This document shows, piece by piece, positions 9,301 to 19,392 of a stretch of 46,540 bases of DNA (position 1 is the stretch's first letter; each line of letters opens with the position of its first letter). Below the pieces are notes generated by a model, which made no database searches, was not told where the DNA came from, and worked only from the letters and a program-made list of their open reading frames with translations. The translations under genes were made by a program, and so were the position numbers. This DNA comes from a virus (taxonomy: Duplodnaviria > Caudoviricetes), in the IMG/VR virus record IMGVR_UViG_3300034683_000093, positions 1 through 46,540 of that record; one strand, 5' to 3'.

Positions 9301-9793
9301 TTTGTGGATATAGTTTTAAATCTTCCTCTAACCAAACTTCATATAATTCTACAGGAATAAGATAGAAATATTTTAAAGCAGATTTAATAGATCCATATGT
9401 TCCTTTTATTTTATATAAATTAACTATATCTACAGAAAATGCTGGCTTGACATATAGTGATAACAAATCTGGAAAATCTATACCTAATGATTTAATAATA
9501 TTATCCAAATATTCACTGGATGCAAAATATGGGTTCTTTGAATAATTTGTTTCCTTGTTTATAACCTTTAAAGTAGAATACCAATCTTTAATTAAACCAT
9601 TCAATAATTCTGTATCAAATGAATTATATGTATATAATTCTATATGTTTGGAAAAAAATTTCTCGCAAGATTGTCTTTCATCATAAAGATAGGCCTTATG
9701 TTTGTCAACCAGAGAGGTATTATCAACCTCTTTCTTATCTTTAAGAAATTCAAAATATTCTTGAAACTTTTCATAAAATGTCTTCTTTGACAA
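6362..9793 (-). CDS. Large baseplate wedge-like protein with internal Kelch-like repeats
   Basis: LYKIKGTYGSI and late YKPIHT motifs typical of baseplate wedge/tail-I type proteins; Kelch-like SGGIGG and HGCSYIQGYIYLIGGKD; position next to collar and sheath. Confidence 0.65.
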   Translation of the reverse strand: MSKKTFYEKFQEYFEFLKDKKEVDNTSLVDKHKAYLYDERQSCEKFFSKHIELYTYNSFDTELLNGLIKDWYSTLKVINKETNYSKNPYFASSEYLDNIIKSLGIDFPDLLSLYVKPAFSVDIVNLYKIKGTYGSIKSALKYFYLIPVELYEVWLEEDLKLYPQNPNDTDLFFKSYPIRRNELRRTSFDIEFKNEFEYYTKKDPHWYYQKDDILKIIKNPDKNDGLELPSLTPYLKIVAAPDLNAFYRQLTHLTKIIHEEYNYYQANKNDSSFSFDPHRLLYHEQSGKFLSLLETFLGLGYIWTKRYGKFENNEANGNILLSNIDLDLTEYPEDSSIYDYVTRFYEYQKLKDIWVDVHQRPVDKTSEKFTYNYFKEDNQENISDYRKYKKKLLVNTEYENRNDFYFLINSKKDYSATTYGNNIVVSGGIGGDGSVLNKIYFIDKESLTSVISRDIPYYLYNHGCSYIQGYIYLIGGKDNNNQLNTNICKYDLIRHKWFNYNINWKYYNFKTFSINNRFNVLAFGYNSNNQFDKNLYVLDYHNTSCINLTNFRNISFTNFDISHNKHNDVVIYLHEEKKIYKFNLEQLNEYVSSNLDNSDDVNGWLRDGINLPFYFKGNYNYPNIVSIDIPQNIIDLIDNDYKVFIKLLNNGDLVLVNGYNLFRYRNNVWETFKINTTNEFPKIDKCIKLDIIDMQFICIDCYDVDNNQTKYVLNCNFEETLIADNHSNNWAMNLDNNLFTYNDFALFGTYYESIYQPTNKTILEEKRKQFIKYFTRPASTEEYVNHFMDDPYALGEENLEDIDISVDNKEIDSTEKIGQFLEEINPDFKKYLDNLLAQPLEIDFNFGLFNIVSLLDVYVTFFLQEEAYFTQYYLKMDDNISKIINVYKPIHTRYNDVLTLALNIKDPFNTLYINEYEMNKIKNYHSEYFDMSGEIFYNQLRLDINDIPYTPEWHRMYDIDIWRNVRYDLIIKEITNYTIRQILKDLFQKSDNLTFNIKQDLFDNRIVPTQSFQDITRVYFNEKAYVNYFYDNDKPVLDRDDEGFTFDKWIISERVTFGRIKSSEELFDTYNNTQDTLNSDFHLDFKDKFSTRSIGPSEYHDDLLKYDNIDSIRGGYIRYDTVSNLSNNTFSTNDGITVLIKDY

Positions 9794-9843
9794 TTTGTTG
9801 ACCTCTTGATTATTTAATTAGAAACAATAAATAATTGCTATAT

Positions 9844-9856
9844 TTTTTGTTTGTTC
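9844..9856 (-). promoter_or_regulatory. Candidate promoter motif variant GAACAAACAAAAA
   Basis: Intergenic, about 50 nt before the 9793 start; one mismatch to the core. Confidence 0.4.
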
Positions 9857-9929
9857 TTATTTATCCATAAATTGTAAATTTGTAATGATTAATATATTTA
9901 TTGTTTGTTTTATAACCCAATTTTGCTAT

Positions 9930-10568
9930 CTATATATTATTTTCTAAAATTTGATATTTTATTTCAATTCCATCGGCATACTTTTTGCCAATAATTGAAC
10001 CATAACTAATATATCTACTATACATTGTATCAATATTTCTGAAATTGGTTATTTCTGTAGTATACAACCTTAATAAATTTTCAAGTAGAACAATATCAAC
10101 ATCACTTAACTCTAAATACATATTTGGATTAAATGGACTATTTAAAGATATATCTGTTGTAGTATTAGTAAAATAAAAACCAAATAAATTACATAAGTTT
10201 TTATAAGGTCTATAATATAAATACGTCATTTCTGAAACAAATCTATGATCTTCATTAAAATCTTTGTATGAATGAGTGAAAACATAATCATAAAAACCTA
10301 AATTATCCTTAAACCATTTTTCAACAACATTTTTTCTATGATGATATGCCGTTTCATTTAAACATAATAAATTAAATTGTAACTTTGCAGAAACTTCCTC
10401 TATAATTGATAAATTATTTTGACAAGTTTCTCTATCTATTTTAAAATTGCTAAAAAATAATAATACATCAACATTATAATTTAATCTTTTGTAGTATCTA
10501 ATGATTGAATATGCCCCAAATAGTTCATCATCAGGGTGTGCAATTGTAATAAGAACTTTTTTGCTCAT
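9930..10568 (-). CDS. PIG-L/LmbE family N-acetylhexosamine deacetylase
   Basis: AHPDDE motif and TH...D...DH motif. Confidence 0.88.
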   Translation of the reverse strand: MSKKVLITIAHPDDELFGAYSIIRYYKRLNYNVDVLLFFSNFKIDRETCQNNLSIIEEVSAKLQFNLLCLNETAYHHRKNVVEKWFKDNLGFYDYVFTHSYKDFNEDHRFVSEMTYLYYRPYKNLCNLFGFYFTNTTTDISLNSPFNPNMYLELSDVDIVLLENLLRLYTTEITNFRNIDTMYSRYISYGSIIGKKYADGIEIKYQILENNI

Positions 10569-11260
10569 CTTGTAACCTCTATTCTTTCTTTTCCATGAAA
10601 ATATCTAAAACCATATTCTTTTAATATTTCTATTAGTATATCAGAAGATTGATTAAATGGGAAAATATAATGTTCAGGTTTATAATTCAAATACTTATCA
10701 AAAAATTCTAATAATAATTCTGTATCATATCTAATAAAATCAATATATTCTTTTTCACTTCTTTTTCTAATATTACCATCAATACTAATATATCCAATGT
10801 TTGCTAATTTGGAACCTAACTTAAAAAATATTCTTTTGGTTAAATTATTTGAAATACCTAGATATTCAGACCAATGATCATTATACTTAGTAGTAAAACC
10901 TATTATTATTTTATCATGAAAATATGAGTGTGCTGCAATTATACCTATTTTATTGCAGTGTAAATATTTTAATTCTTCAATATTCATAAAATACTTCTGA
11001 CAATTATTCAAATAATAATTATCTGTATATTCTTTACATTCTAAAAAATCAAGATGTATACTAGTTGTCTCATATCTTGGTCTCAATTCACTATTATTTA
11101 AATCTATGTAACAACAAGTTATACCAAATATTGGATTTTTTAAAAAATTAGAATAATAATAATGGGAATATAAACCATCATCTAAAAATAAATTATCAAT
11201 ATCTTTAACCTTATTATAAATAATTTCATCAATTGAATGACAGTAGTATTTATTATCCAT
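10565..11260 (-). CDS. Polysaccharide deacetylase-like (NodB/CE4 fold) protein
   Basis: LDDG, AHSYFH and FPFN motifs. Confidence 0.68.
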   Translation of the reverse strand: MDNKYYCHSIDEIIYNKVKDIDNLFLDDGLYSHYYYSNFLKNPIFGITCCYIDLNNSELRPRYETTSIHLDFLECKEYTDNYYLNNCQKYFMNIEELKYLHCNKIGIIAAHSYFHDKIIIGFTTKYNDHWSEYLGISNNLTKRIFFKLGSKLANIGYISIDGNIRKRSEKEYIDFIRYDTELLLEFFDKYLNYKPEHYIFPFNQSSDILIEILKEYGFRYFHGKERIEVTR

Positions 11261-12365
11261 TATACACCATTTTTATGTATTCTTTTATAGTTTTTACTAT
11301 ATATTCTCTATCTTCTTTAGTAATCCACCATCCAACAGGTATAGCAACTTGACTGGTAAAAAACTTATCAACATTTGGTAAATGTTTTCTACTATTTTTA
11401 AATATACTGTATCTATCATTTCTATAATGCACCTTAGAAACTTCTATTCCTTTTTCACTCATATATCTTATAAAATAATCTCTGAATGGAATATGTATAA
11501 TATATAACCATGATGCTGATTTATGTTCATAATTCAATTTAGAAATTTTGATTATTTCATTATCTTCAAATTGTGAATCATAAAATTTTTTATTATCTAT
11601 ATGTTTATTTACTATATCATCTAGATATTTAAGTTGTTCTAATCCTATTGTTGCAAAAACATCATTAAAATTAAATTTATAACCATAGTCTGCTACATCA
11701 TTTTCTAATTTATTATAGTATGAACTTTTTTCTCTATCTATACCATACCATCTTAATAATTTAGCTCTTTTATAATTATCTTCATTTTTGCATACTAATA
11801 TACCACCTTCAATAGTAGTAATATGTTTAATTGCTTGTAATGAGAAAATAACAAAATCAGAATGATTACCTATCTTAATACGTTTATATTCTGAACCTAA
11901 TGCATGTGCAGCATCTTCAATAACCTTTATGTTATACTTTTTAGCAATTAAATTTATTCTATCCATATCACATGGATTACCACCATAATGGACAACAATT
12001 ATAGCTTTTGTTTTATCAGTTATATTTTCTTCAATTGATTCAGGGTCAATCAAACCTGTTATAGGATCAATATCAGCCCAAACAACTTTAGCACCAAAAT
12101 TAGGTATAGCTATATTAGTAGCCAAACAAGTCATTGGTGTAGAAATAATCTCATCTCCTGGTTGTATATTACATAATCTTAATGCAAGAAACAAAGCTGA
12201 TGTTGCACTGTTTACAGTTAAAACATTATTATTACCAAAATATTCTTTTAACTTATCTTCAAATTCTTTTACCTTTTGACCCTGTGCAATCATACCACTA
12301 TGCAAAGTTTCTAATAGATGTTTATTAACAGATTTGGGCATATGCACTTTAAATAGACGAATCAT
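11253..12365 (-). CDS. DegT/DnrJ/EryC1/StrS NDP-sugar aminotransferase
   Basis: NSATSAL, IEDAAHA, FSLQAIKHITTIEGG (PLP lysine), GYKF. Confidence 0.95.
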   Translation of the reverse strand: MIRLFKVHMPKSVNKHLLETLHSGMIAQGQKVKEFEDKLKEYFGNNNVLTVNSATSALFLALRLCNIQPGDEIISTPMTCLATNIAIPNFGAKVVWADIDPITGLIDPESIEENITDKTKAIIVVHYGGNPCDMDRINLIAKKYNIKVIEDAAHALGSEYKRIKIGNHSDFVIFSLQAIKHITTIEGGILVCKNEDNYKRAKLLRWYGIDREKSSYYNKLENDVADYGYKFNFNDVFATIGLEQLKYLDDIVNKHIDNKKFYDSQFEDNEIIKISKLNYEHKSASWLYIIHIPFRDYFIRYMSEKGIEVSKVHYRNDRYSIFKNSRKHLPNVDKFFTSQVAIPVGWWITKEDREYIVKTIKEYIKMVYNG

Positions 12366-12966
12366 AAATACCTCTCAATTCTTTTAGTTTATATATAAAT
12401 CCTCTCAAATTAAATATTCCTTGGTTATCATAAAGTTCCAAAAACAACTCATAAAAATCTTCTAACCACATCAGTTCTAATTCTAATTCATCATCTAATT
12501 TTAATAAACCATGGACATATTTAGAAAGTGTTCCAGACATTTTTGTAAACCTTCTATCATATATTCTGGTTAATCTAAGTATAGTATACTTTTTCAAATT
12601 CCTTTGTATATTATATTCATCAATTCTTTTACCTTCATTATAAAATTGTTGTGGGTAATCTTGATAATATAATGCACCTATAGAACTAAAATATGTTAAA
12701 TGTGTATTATATTTTTTGGCTAGATTAATAATTTTTGAAGTATATGTTACATTATAAATTAAAATTTTTTCTTGTAGTCGTTCAAAAGAATCATTATCAC
12801 ATATATTACCAATATGAAATATAAAATCAATATTGCTATCATATGTAAAGTTATCAATATCTATATGGTTGGTTGTGAGCAAATTAAATTGTTTATCATT
12901 TTTAAATTTATCATAAATATAACTTCCAATAAATGAATTTACTCCTGTAAAAAGTATAGTCTTCAT
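12349..12966 (-). CDS. Short NAD-dependent epimerase/reductase-like protein
   Basis: TGVNSFIG Rossmann motif, FSS, YNEGK (YxxxK). Confidence 0.72.
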   Translation of the reverse strand: MKTILFTGVNSFIGSYIYDKFKNDKQFNLLTTNHIDIDNFTYDSNIDFIFHIGNICDNDSFERLQEKILIYNVTYTSKIINLAKKYNTHLTYFSSIGALYYQDYPQQFYNEGKRIDEYNIQRNLKKYTILRLTRIYDRRFTKMSGTLSKYVHGLLKLDDELELELMWLEDFYELFLELYDNQGIFNLRGFIYKLKELRGIYDSSI

Positions 12967-13853
12967 TTAATATGATACCTCAATATATCTTCCATTTCAT
13001 CTTCTAATCTATTCCAATTATTGTATCCTAATATTCGATAAAGATTTTCATTACTACCCTTTCTTTTATTAACTCTATTATATTCAAAATTAATATATTC
13101 TTTTTTAATATTAGGAATATACTCCATTATCAAATCTGAAACATCATTTATAGTATAAGACATTTGGGATGTAATATTAAAAATTTGTTTATTTATTTCT
13201 TTCAGTATTATTAATTCTATTATTTTACATAAATCATTTACAGATGTGAATTCTCTTGTTTGTGAACCATCTCCGTGTATAATTATTTTATTATTTTCTT
13301 TTATAGACTTAATAAAAGATGGTATTGCTCTAGTATCATCTTTTCTAAAATACTTACCATATATATTAAATAATCTCAATATTACCCAATTATCATAAAA
13401 TTGTAATATATTTTCACATAATATTTTAGAAATAGCATATATACTTCTTTTATCAAAACTATTAACATTTAATAATTGTGATTCATGAAATATATTATCA
13501 CTATCAATCAACCCGTATACTTCAGATGTTGATAAGAAAATATGTTTACTATCTTTATATTGTTTTAAGATATTCATTAAACCATTTACATTTGATCTAA
13601 TTACATCTTGATGATTAAGAACAACCTCTTTTTGACCAACTGTGGAAGCACAATGTATTACTATATCATATTGGTATCTACTACAATAATCATCCACAGA
13701 TATATGAAAAAAATTATTAATATATTTTTTAGTTATATCGTTTAAATCTATAATATCACAACCATCTATTAAACAGTTATCAAAATTTAATTTTAAATGT
13801 TTAACTAGATGGCTACCAATTAGTCCATTACATCCAGTTATTAATATTTTCAT
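12963..13853 (-). CDS. NAD-dependent NDP-sugar epimerase/dehydratase/decarboxylase
   Basis: TGCNGLIG, STSEVYG, YAISK, RLFNIYG, GDGSQTR. Confidence 0.9.
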   Translation of the reverse strand: MKILITGCNGLIGSHLVKHLKLNFDNCLIDGCDIIDLNDITKKYINNFFHISVDDYCSRYQYDIVIHCASTVGQKEVVLNHQDVIRSNVNGLMNILKQYKDSKHIFLSTSEVYGLIDSDNIFHESQLLNVNSFDKRSIYAISKILCENILQFYDNWVILRLFNIYGKYFRKDDTRAIPSFIKSIKENNKIIIHGDGSQTREFTSVNDLCKIIELIILKEINKQIFNITSQMSYTINDVSDLIMEYIPNIKKEYINFEYNRVNKRKGSNENLYRILGYNNWNRLEDEMEDILRYHIK

Positions 13854-13867
13854 TTTTAAGTCCTCTT

Positions 13868-14704
13868 TTAGTATAGTATATTTAAAATATTTGCAACAAC
13901 ATGTCTCAAAAATTTATCTTTTTGATAAATAGTATTTTCTTCAATGCCTACAAAATATTTATCATTGCTATCAACTATAGAATATAACCCACCAGACTTA
14001 ACATGATCTTCAACTATAATACAACTATCATATTTATATTTTTGATTTAAATCAATTATTTTTACAACATTTGTAAATAATTTTTCTAAATATAAATATA
14101 ACCAACCATATGTTAATATTGGAATTGTGTTATCTATTTTTTCATCAACAACTGGTAATTGTAAATTTTCAAGACCTAATCTTATATATTTTAATTTATT
14201 ATCTTTATCCAATAAATCTTTTAATTCATCATTATTAGTTGGTACATAGATATTATAACCAAGACTTCTTGCTGTTATAAAATCTGAAACTATTTGTAAA
14301 CTGTCAGCAGTTTTACTTAATTTAGTATGATCAATGATCTCCCACAAACTATACTTTTTTATAGCTTCTTCATAAGTTAAATCATGATGTGTTGAAATTT
14401 CAATCATAGAAAAAATAATGTCATTATATACAAAACCGGAACCTGCACTCAAGATAATTATATTGTTGAGATCTTCACTATAAAGTGTATTCCTTAAAAA
14501 ATAACTTTTATCCAATATAAAATTACAAACATCATATATCAAGACTTTATATCCTTGCTTCATTAGCCCATATGCATATTGAAATGTTATAAATTCACTA
14601 TTTGCAAGATTTATTATCCTATCATGTTCATATGATAACATATCATTATGTAACAAAACACAATTATCATTTTCTTTTAAATAATTGAACAAGAACTTTC
14701 TCAT
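13868..14704 (-). CDS. Transketolase-like C-terminal subunit (divergent)
   Basis: NLANSE, THH, YIRLG and VEDH..GGL motifs; follows an N-terminal-type subunit. Confidence 0.72.
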   Translation of the reverse strand: MRKFLFNYLKENDNCVLLHNDMLSYEHDRIINLANSEFITFQYAYGLMKQGYKVLIYDVCNFILDKSYFLRNTLYSEDLNNIIILSAGSGFVYNDIIFSMIEISTHHDLTYEEAIKKYSLWEIIDHTKLSKTADSLQIVSDFITARSLGYNIYVPTNNDELKDLLDKDNKLKYIRLGLENLQLPVVDEKIDNTIPILTYGWLYLYLEKLFTNVVKIIDLNQKYKYDSCIIVEDHVKSGGLYSIVDSNDKYFVGIEENTIYQKDKFLRHVVANILNILY

Positions 14705-15278
14705 CTATTTTACCTCCATGATTTTTAAATGGATCTTTGAAAACATCATAATTTGTAGCTTTATCAGTTTTAATTAAATGTAACGATGGTGTTGTATCAA
14801 ATTTTTCTTTTTCTATATCATCTATTATATTAACTGGAATTTTATAACAATCACCCATTTTCTCTGGATTAAAATAGTTGGAAATTTTAGCAGATTTACT
14901 AAAATTATTATAATCTGCTATAATATGTAAATTATGATTTTCATTTAAGTTTACCATCAATTCATGAAATAAACCATTTAGAAAATTTGAATCCCCTATT
15001 ATTAACCAAGTTTTATTAGGATTTTTCCAAGATAACCCTAATGATACACCTAACAAAACAAATAATTCAAAATGTAAATAAATATTTATATCATCTCGTT
15101 GTTTAAAATATTGTGCCAGCCCAACACCATATGGTTTTCCTAGGACAACATTATCACCGGGCTTAATATAATTATCATTGATATACTTTAGTTTAGGCAT
15201 AATAGACATTGTAGAAGTTATATGTGACAATCGAAACTTATAGTAATATAATATAGTTTCTTTTTCAAATTTATCCAT
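14667..15278 (-). CDS. Transketolase-like N-terminal (ThDP-binding) subunit (divergent)
   Basis: SHITS, LGVSLG, IGDS...E...DYNN (GDG..NN-like), TDK. Confidence 0.68.
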   Translation of the reverse strand: MDKFEKETILYYYKFRLSHITSTMSIMPKLKYINDNYIKPGDNVVLGKPYGVGLAQYFKQRDDINIYLHFELFVLLGVSLGLSWKNPNKTWLIIGDSNFLNGLFHELMVNLNENHNLHIIADYNNFSKSAKISNYFNPEKMGDCYKIPVNIIDDIEKEKFDTTPSLHLIKTDKATNYDVFKDPFKNHGGKIDEKVLVQLFKRK

Positions 15279-15323
15279 TTTAAGCCTCCTTTTTAGATAA
15301 TCATAACAATAGTTTACAATTTA

Positions 15324-16019
15324 CTAATTATAATTACAATATCTTAATAATTCTTTATATTTCTCTAATTCATGCAAATATTCATCTTTAAATAAATCAG
15401 TATACTTATCAGATACACGATCATTATAATTATTTTGCTTCCATAATGCATCAAATATAAATTGTATATCATTTGTTTTGATATTTAAAAGCAAATACCA
15501 ATCATAAAATACACCCAAATAAGAGTCTGAGATTTTTGGAAAATCAAATAAATTAACATTAAATATCATTTGACTCATTTGGAAAAACTTATAATATTCA
15601 CTATTGATTAGAAAATTGATATATTCTCTTTTAGTCTTTACTTTCATAATATTTTTTATATAATGGCTGTCCAGAAACCATTTTCTGTCCAACATATCAA
15701 CATAATGATTTATATATAAATCTTTTTGCAAAGACAGATCACTTAATTTTAACAATTCATCATCATCTTCCAAAAACATCATATACTTTGTAGAACAAAT
15801 ATCAATCATTTTTGAATAAATAGAAGCATAGTTATAAAATTTATACTTAAAAAAATATATTTTATCACTCTTTGGTAAATCATATAATTTTATAGAATCA
15901 TCATCACAGTTTATAAAAATATACTTTACAAAATCTTGGTTTTCTAAAATACTATCCAAACATTTGAAAAAAGATTGTTTTCTGTTATGAGTAAGTATAC
16001 ATATAGTAAGATCATTCAT
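15324..16019 (-). CDS. Glycosyltransferase family 2-like
   Basis: ICILTHNR, FLEDDD, DW motifs. Confidence 0.8.
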   Translation of the reverse strand: MNDLTICILTHNRKQSFFKCLDSILENQDFVKYIFINCDDDSIKLYDLPKSDKIYFFKYKFYNYASIYSKMIDICSTKYMMFLEDDDELLKLSDLSLQKDLYINHYVDMLDRKWFLDSHYIKNIMKVKTKREYINFLINSEYYKFFQMSQMIFNVNLFDFPKISDSYLGVFYDWYLLLNIKTNDIQFIFDALWKQNNYNDRVSDKYTDLFKDEYLHELEKYKELLRYCNYN

Positions 16020-16020
16020 A

Positions 16021-16881
16021 CTATATGATTTTTACCTCTTTAAACATATGGGACATCTTTGAAAGATAAAATGTTTCGTCAAATGGTAAAGTATTATTAT
16101 CTTTTAATAGAAAATACAAAATATCATTTATTCTAAAATAACTTATCAAATTTGTATCAGGATTGAATATTGAATCATATAAACGATAATAATATAAATT
16201 ATTATCAGTATTATCTATAACTGTATTCTCAGTACCAATGAATAAATAATCTGGATATATATTATTAAAATCTTTACATAAATTTAAATAATTGACATCT
16301 AAATTATAAACAATGCTTGTAATTTCATAAGTTGGTTTATATTCCATTACTATATATTCATCATCAAGAAAATCAACTATAGGCAATATAAATTGATTTG
16401 GATTATTAATAATATTAGTTATAAATTCATTGTATTTGGTATAATCGTACTCTAAGAATTGTAAGTAATTATCTACAGTTATTTCTAAACTATTCGAATA
16501 ACAATAGATTAGAAAATGTAGAAATAAATAATGATCATACTTTAAGACTTTATCAATAAACTCGTCAAAATTATTACTATATGTTGATAAAAATTCATTT
16601 TTAATATCAACATTCTCAATAAAATTATGATAAAACTCAAATCTTTCTTTATTATTTTTAGAAATAAGCAGATAGTCATCTGTTACAATAGTAGAAATAT
16701 GAATATATCCATCAGTGCCTAAAATATATTTAAAAAGTTTAACATTATTGATATTAATATACTGTGGATATTTTGAAGAAGTTGCTTTTAACTCATTATA
16801 AATATCAATCTTTTTATCAACATCAGAATTCAAAAAATCTGTTATTGTAACATCTGAACCCATATAATTTATATATGCCAT
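16021..16881 (-). CDS. Hypothetical protein
   Basis: 286-aa ORF tightly packed in the operon; no motif recognised. Confidence 0.65.
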   Translation of the reverse strand: MAYINYMGSDVTITDFLNSDVDKKIDIYNELKATSSKYPQYININNVKLFKYILGTDGYIHISTIVTDDYLLISKNNKERFEFYHNFIENVDIKNEFLSTYSNNFDEFIDKVLKYDHYLFLHFLIYCYSNSLEITVDNYLQFLEYDYTKYNEFITNIINNPNQFILPIVDFLDDEYIVMEYKPTYEITSIVYNLDVNYLNLCKDFNNIYPDYLFIGTENTVIDNTDNNLYYYRLYDSIFNPDTNLISYFRINDILYFLLKDNNTLPFDETFYLSKMSHMFKEVKII

Positions 16882-16882
16882 A

Positions 16883-17851
16883 TCACGTCTCCTTACAATC
16901 TATTTTGTTAATATAATTATGCGCATCATCAATATTTGAAAATTTAGGATATGTAAAATCACATGCACACATATCATTATTACATTTAATTATCTTAAAA
17001 TTTTCAATAAATGTATCTATATCATCTAAGTTATTAATATGTAAATCTAATCTTTTATCATATAACAATGCATCAGTAGAACATTTACAGAAATATCCAT
17101 CATAATTTATAGTAATATAATAATTGTTTATCAAACAATACATATCTTTAAATGACACGATTGAATTAAAATACATATCATTTAAAGAAAGTGTTTTATT
17201 ATCAACTTTTACTAGTTTTCTAAATCTATCTTGAATTTTAAGAATTTTATCTAGGTGAAATTTATATAAATAATTCATTTCTTCTTTAAATTTAAAAGCT
17301 GTATCTCCTACTATTGGATATATAGGCATTATATTCAATCGTACATTATTATCTGACATTATATCTTTGTTACTAGTATACAAATCTAATATTGTTTTCC
17401 AATTGTTTTTATGCATCATTAAATCTATTTGATATATGTTTTCCAAAAAATCATATATATGATCATCAATTTTGTCATTATGTATAGATATTTCAAATTT
17501 TACTTTTCCATTTGTTTTATCTATAATTTCTTTTATATCATTTAGAAATATTTTATCAAAATTAGTCTGTACTGAACATACTACATCATCATAAACACTA
17601 TTAATAGATTTGATAAGTTTTTCTTTTTCTAAAAGAGGTTCTCCACCATGTATATATAATATCTTATTTGAAACATTGAATTTATCAAATATATAATTTA
17701 TGTTATCGTAATTTATACAGATATCTTCTTTATCTTTATAACCAAATTTGTCAATATAACAATATTCACAATTGTAATTGCATTCTGTATTTATAAAATA
17801 CAAAACAATTATTTCATCAAATTCAGCTATAGAACCAACATAATCATACAT
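16883..17851 (-). CDS. Radical SAM protein with C-terminal Cys cluster (Twitch/SPASM-like)
   Basis: CNYNCEYC, GGEP, C-terminal YC...CKC...C...CAC. Confidence 0.92.
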   Translation of the reverse strand: MYDYVGSIAEFDEIIVLYFINTECNYNCEYCYIDKFGYKDKEDICINYDNINYIFDKFNVSNKILYIHGGEPLLEKEKLIKSINSVYDDVVCSVQTNFDKIFLNDIKEIIDKTNGKVKFEISIHNDKIDDHIYDFLENIYQIDLMMHKNNWKTILDLYTSNKDIMSDNNVRLNIMPIYPIVGDTAFKFKEEMNYLYKFHLDKILKIQDRFRKLVKVDNKTLSLNDMYFNSIVSFKDMYCLINNYYITINYDGYFCKCSTDALLYDKRLDLHINNLDDIDTFIENFKIIKCNNDMCACDFTYPKFSNIDDAHNYINKIDCKET

Positions 17852-17854
17852 ATA

Positions 17855-18676
17855 CTATTCCAGGAATATCCTTTTATATTTGTTCAATAATATACTATTT
17901 CCCAAAAAATATTTTTTTAAACCATCTTTGAAAATCAAATAATAATAATCAAGCATTAGCTGGTTATATTCTTCATCTGTTAAATTAAATATTCGATTAT
18001 AATCATTGTATAATGAATCTACTTTGGTTCTAGTATAAATTTTATGCATAAAGATCATAATATTAGACATCTTTAAATATGTATAGATAAAAACATCCCA
18101 ATCAGCAAAAAAATTTGCATAATTATGAGTTATTGAAGTATAAGCATGAATATTTTCTGTATCAATAAACTTTATTTTATAAAATAATTGACCCATTTCA
18201 AAATGAAATATAAATTTAGTTATAGTTAGAAAATATACTATATCAATGAAACTAACATATTTATAAAAATATTTTTTAAATGATCTGATTTTATAAAAAT
18301 GAAACAACTCATTTTTATTACCATATTCATAATTATCATAAAAAGAAAAACATCCATCGAGATTAAATCTTATACATTTTTTAACCATATTTTCAAATTC
18401 GTTTTTATTTATGTAATCATCATCCTCTAGTAAATAGAAATATAGATTATTATCAAAATTTTCTTTGATATGTGTATACAAATATAAGTATACATCTGAC
18501 ATATAATTAAATTTATGATATATAATATCTACTTTTTCATATTCATAATGAAAATCATAATTATCACATAAAATAACTATTTTTGTAATTAGTTGTTCAT
18601 CTAATTGAAGAATTGATTCTATTGCTCTTCTTATGTATTTAGAATCTCTTGTAGCAATTATACCAAATACAATCAT
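17855..18676 (-). CDS. Glycosyltransferase family 2-like
   Basis: IIATRD..IRRAIESI, LLEDDD, FEMGQ, DW; paralogous to 15324-16019. Confidence 0.72.
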   Translation of the reverse strand: MIVFGIIATRDSKYIRRAIESILQLDEQLITKIVILCDNYDFHYEYEKVDIIYHKFNYMSDVYLYLYTHIKENFDNNLYFYLLEDDDYINKNEFENMVKKCIRFNLDGCFSFYDNYEYGNKNELFHFYKIRSFKKYFYKYVSFIDIVYFLTITKFIFHFEMGQLFYKIKFIDTENIHAYTSITHNYANFFADWDVFIYTYLKMSNIMIFMHKIYTRTKVDSLYNDYNRIFNLTDEEYNQLMLDYYYLIFKDGLKKYFLGNSILLNKYKRIFLE

Positions 18677-19392
18677 AATAGTTCCCCAATTTTTTCTTGA
18701 ATATTATTTGGTAAATTAAAAATGATATTTTTTAATACATTATAATTTTTGTAATGAACATATATAGGATTACTATCTTCTTTAATTAGTCCTTTTTCTG
18801 AATGATAATAAATCATATTGAATGTCATAATATTAAAATAATCAGGATTACTAGTAATATATAAGTTTTCAATAAATTCTTCAGGTGATTTTATATTATG
18901 ACTAATAGTAGTGAACAATATCATATCGTATATTCGTAGTTTAAAAAACAATATTAAATCTTCTGGTATAAATACAATATCAAATTGTATGAAATAATTA
19001 ATTATTTCATGTATATCAGATTTATATTCATGTAGCACATCTTTAAAAGAATTATATGGTAAACCTATAAGATTTATTTTATCATAATCTAAAATATCAT
19101 TCAGCTTATCCAAATCACAAATACTATCTAAATCAAAATAAACTAAACCAGGTGCTATTGTTTGTAATAAAGAAAGAACAAAAAGTACTTGCCAATCATA
19201 TTTTATATCAATATTATAATATCTAAATTCAATATTTTTAAAATCTCTTATAATTCTTAGAATCTTCTTTAAATTATTATCTTTAACATTCAAATAAATA
19301 ATAGAATGATCATATATTTTATCCCATATGGCTATATAATCTTTATATTCATCACGATATTTAAATATAAACGTATAAGGTATAGGCTTCAT
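18673..19392 (-). CDS. Putative GT-A glycosyltransferase (DxD)
   Basis: VYFDLD and late VHY motifs; operon context. Confidence 0.45.
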   Translation of the reverse strand: MKPIPYTFIFKYRDEYKDYIAIWDKIYDHSIIYLNVKDNNLKKILRIIRDFKNIEFRYYNIDIKYDWQVLFVLSLLQTIAPGLVYFDLDSICDLDKLNDILDYDKINLIGLPYNSFKDVLHEYKSDIHEIINYFIQFDIVFIPEDLILFFKLRIYDMILFTTISHNIKSPEEFIENLYITSNPDYFNIMTFNMIYYHSEKGLIKEDSNPIYVHYKNYNVLKNIIFNLPNNIQEKIGELL

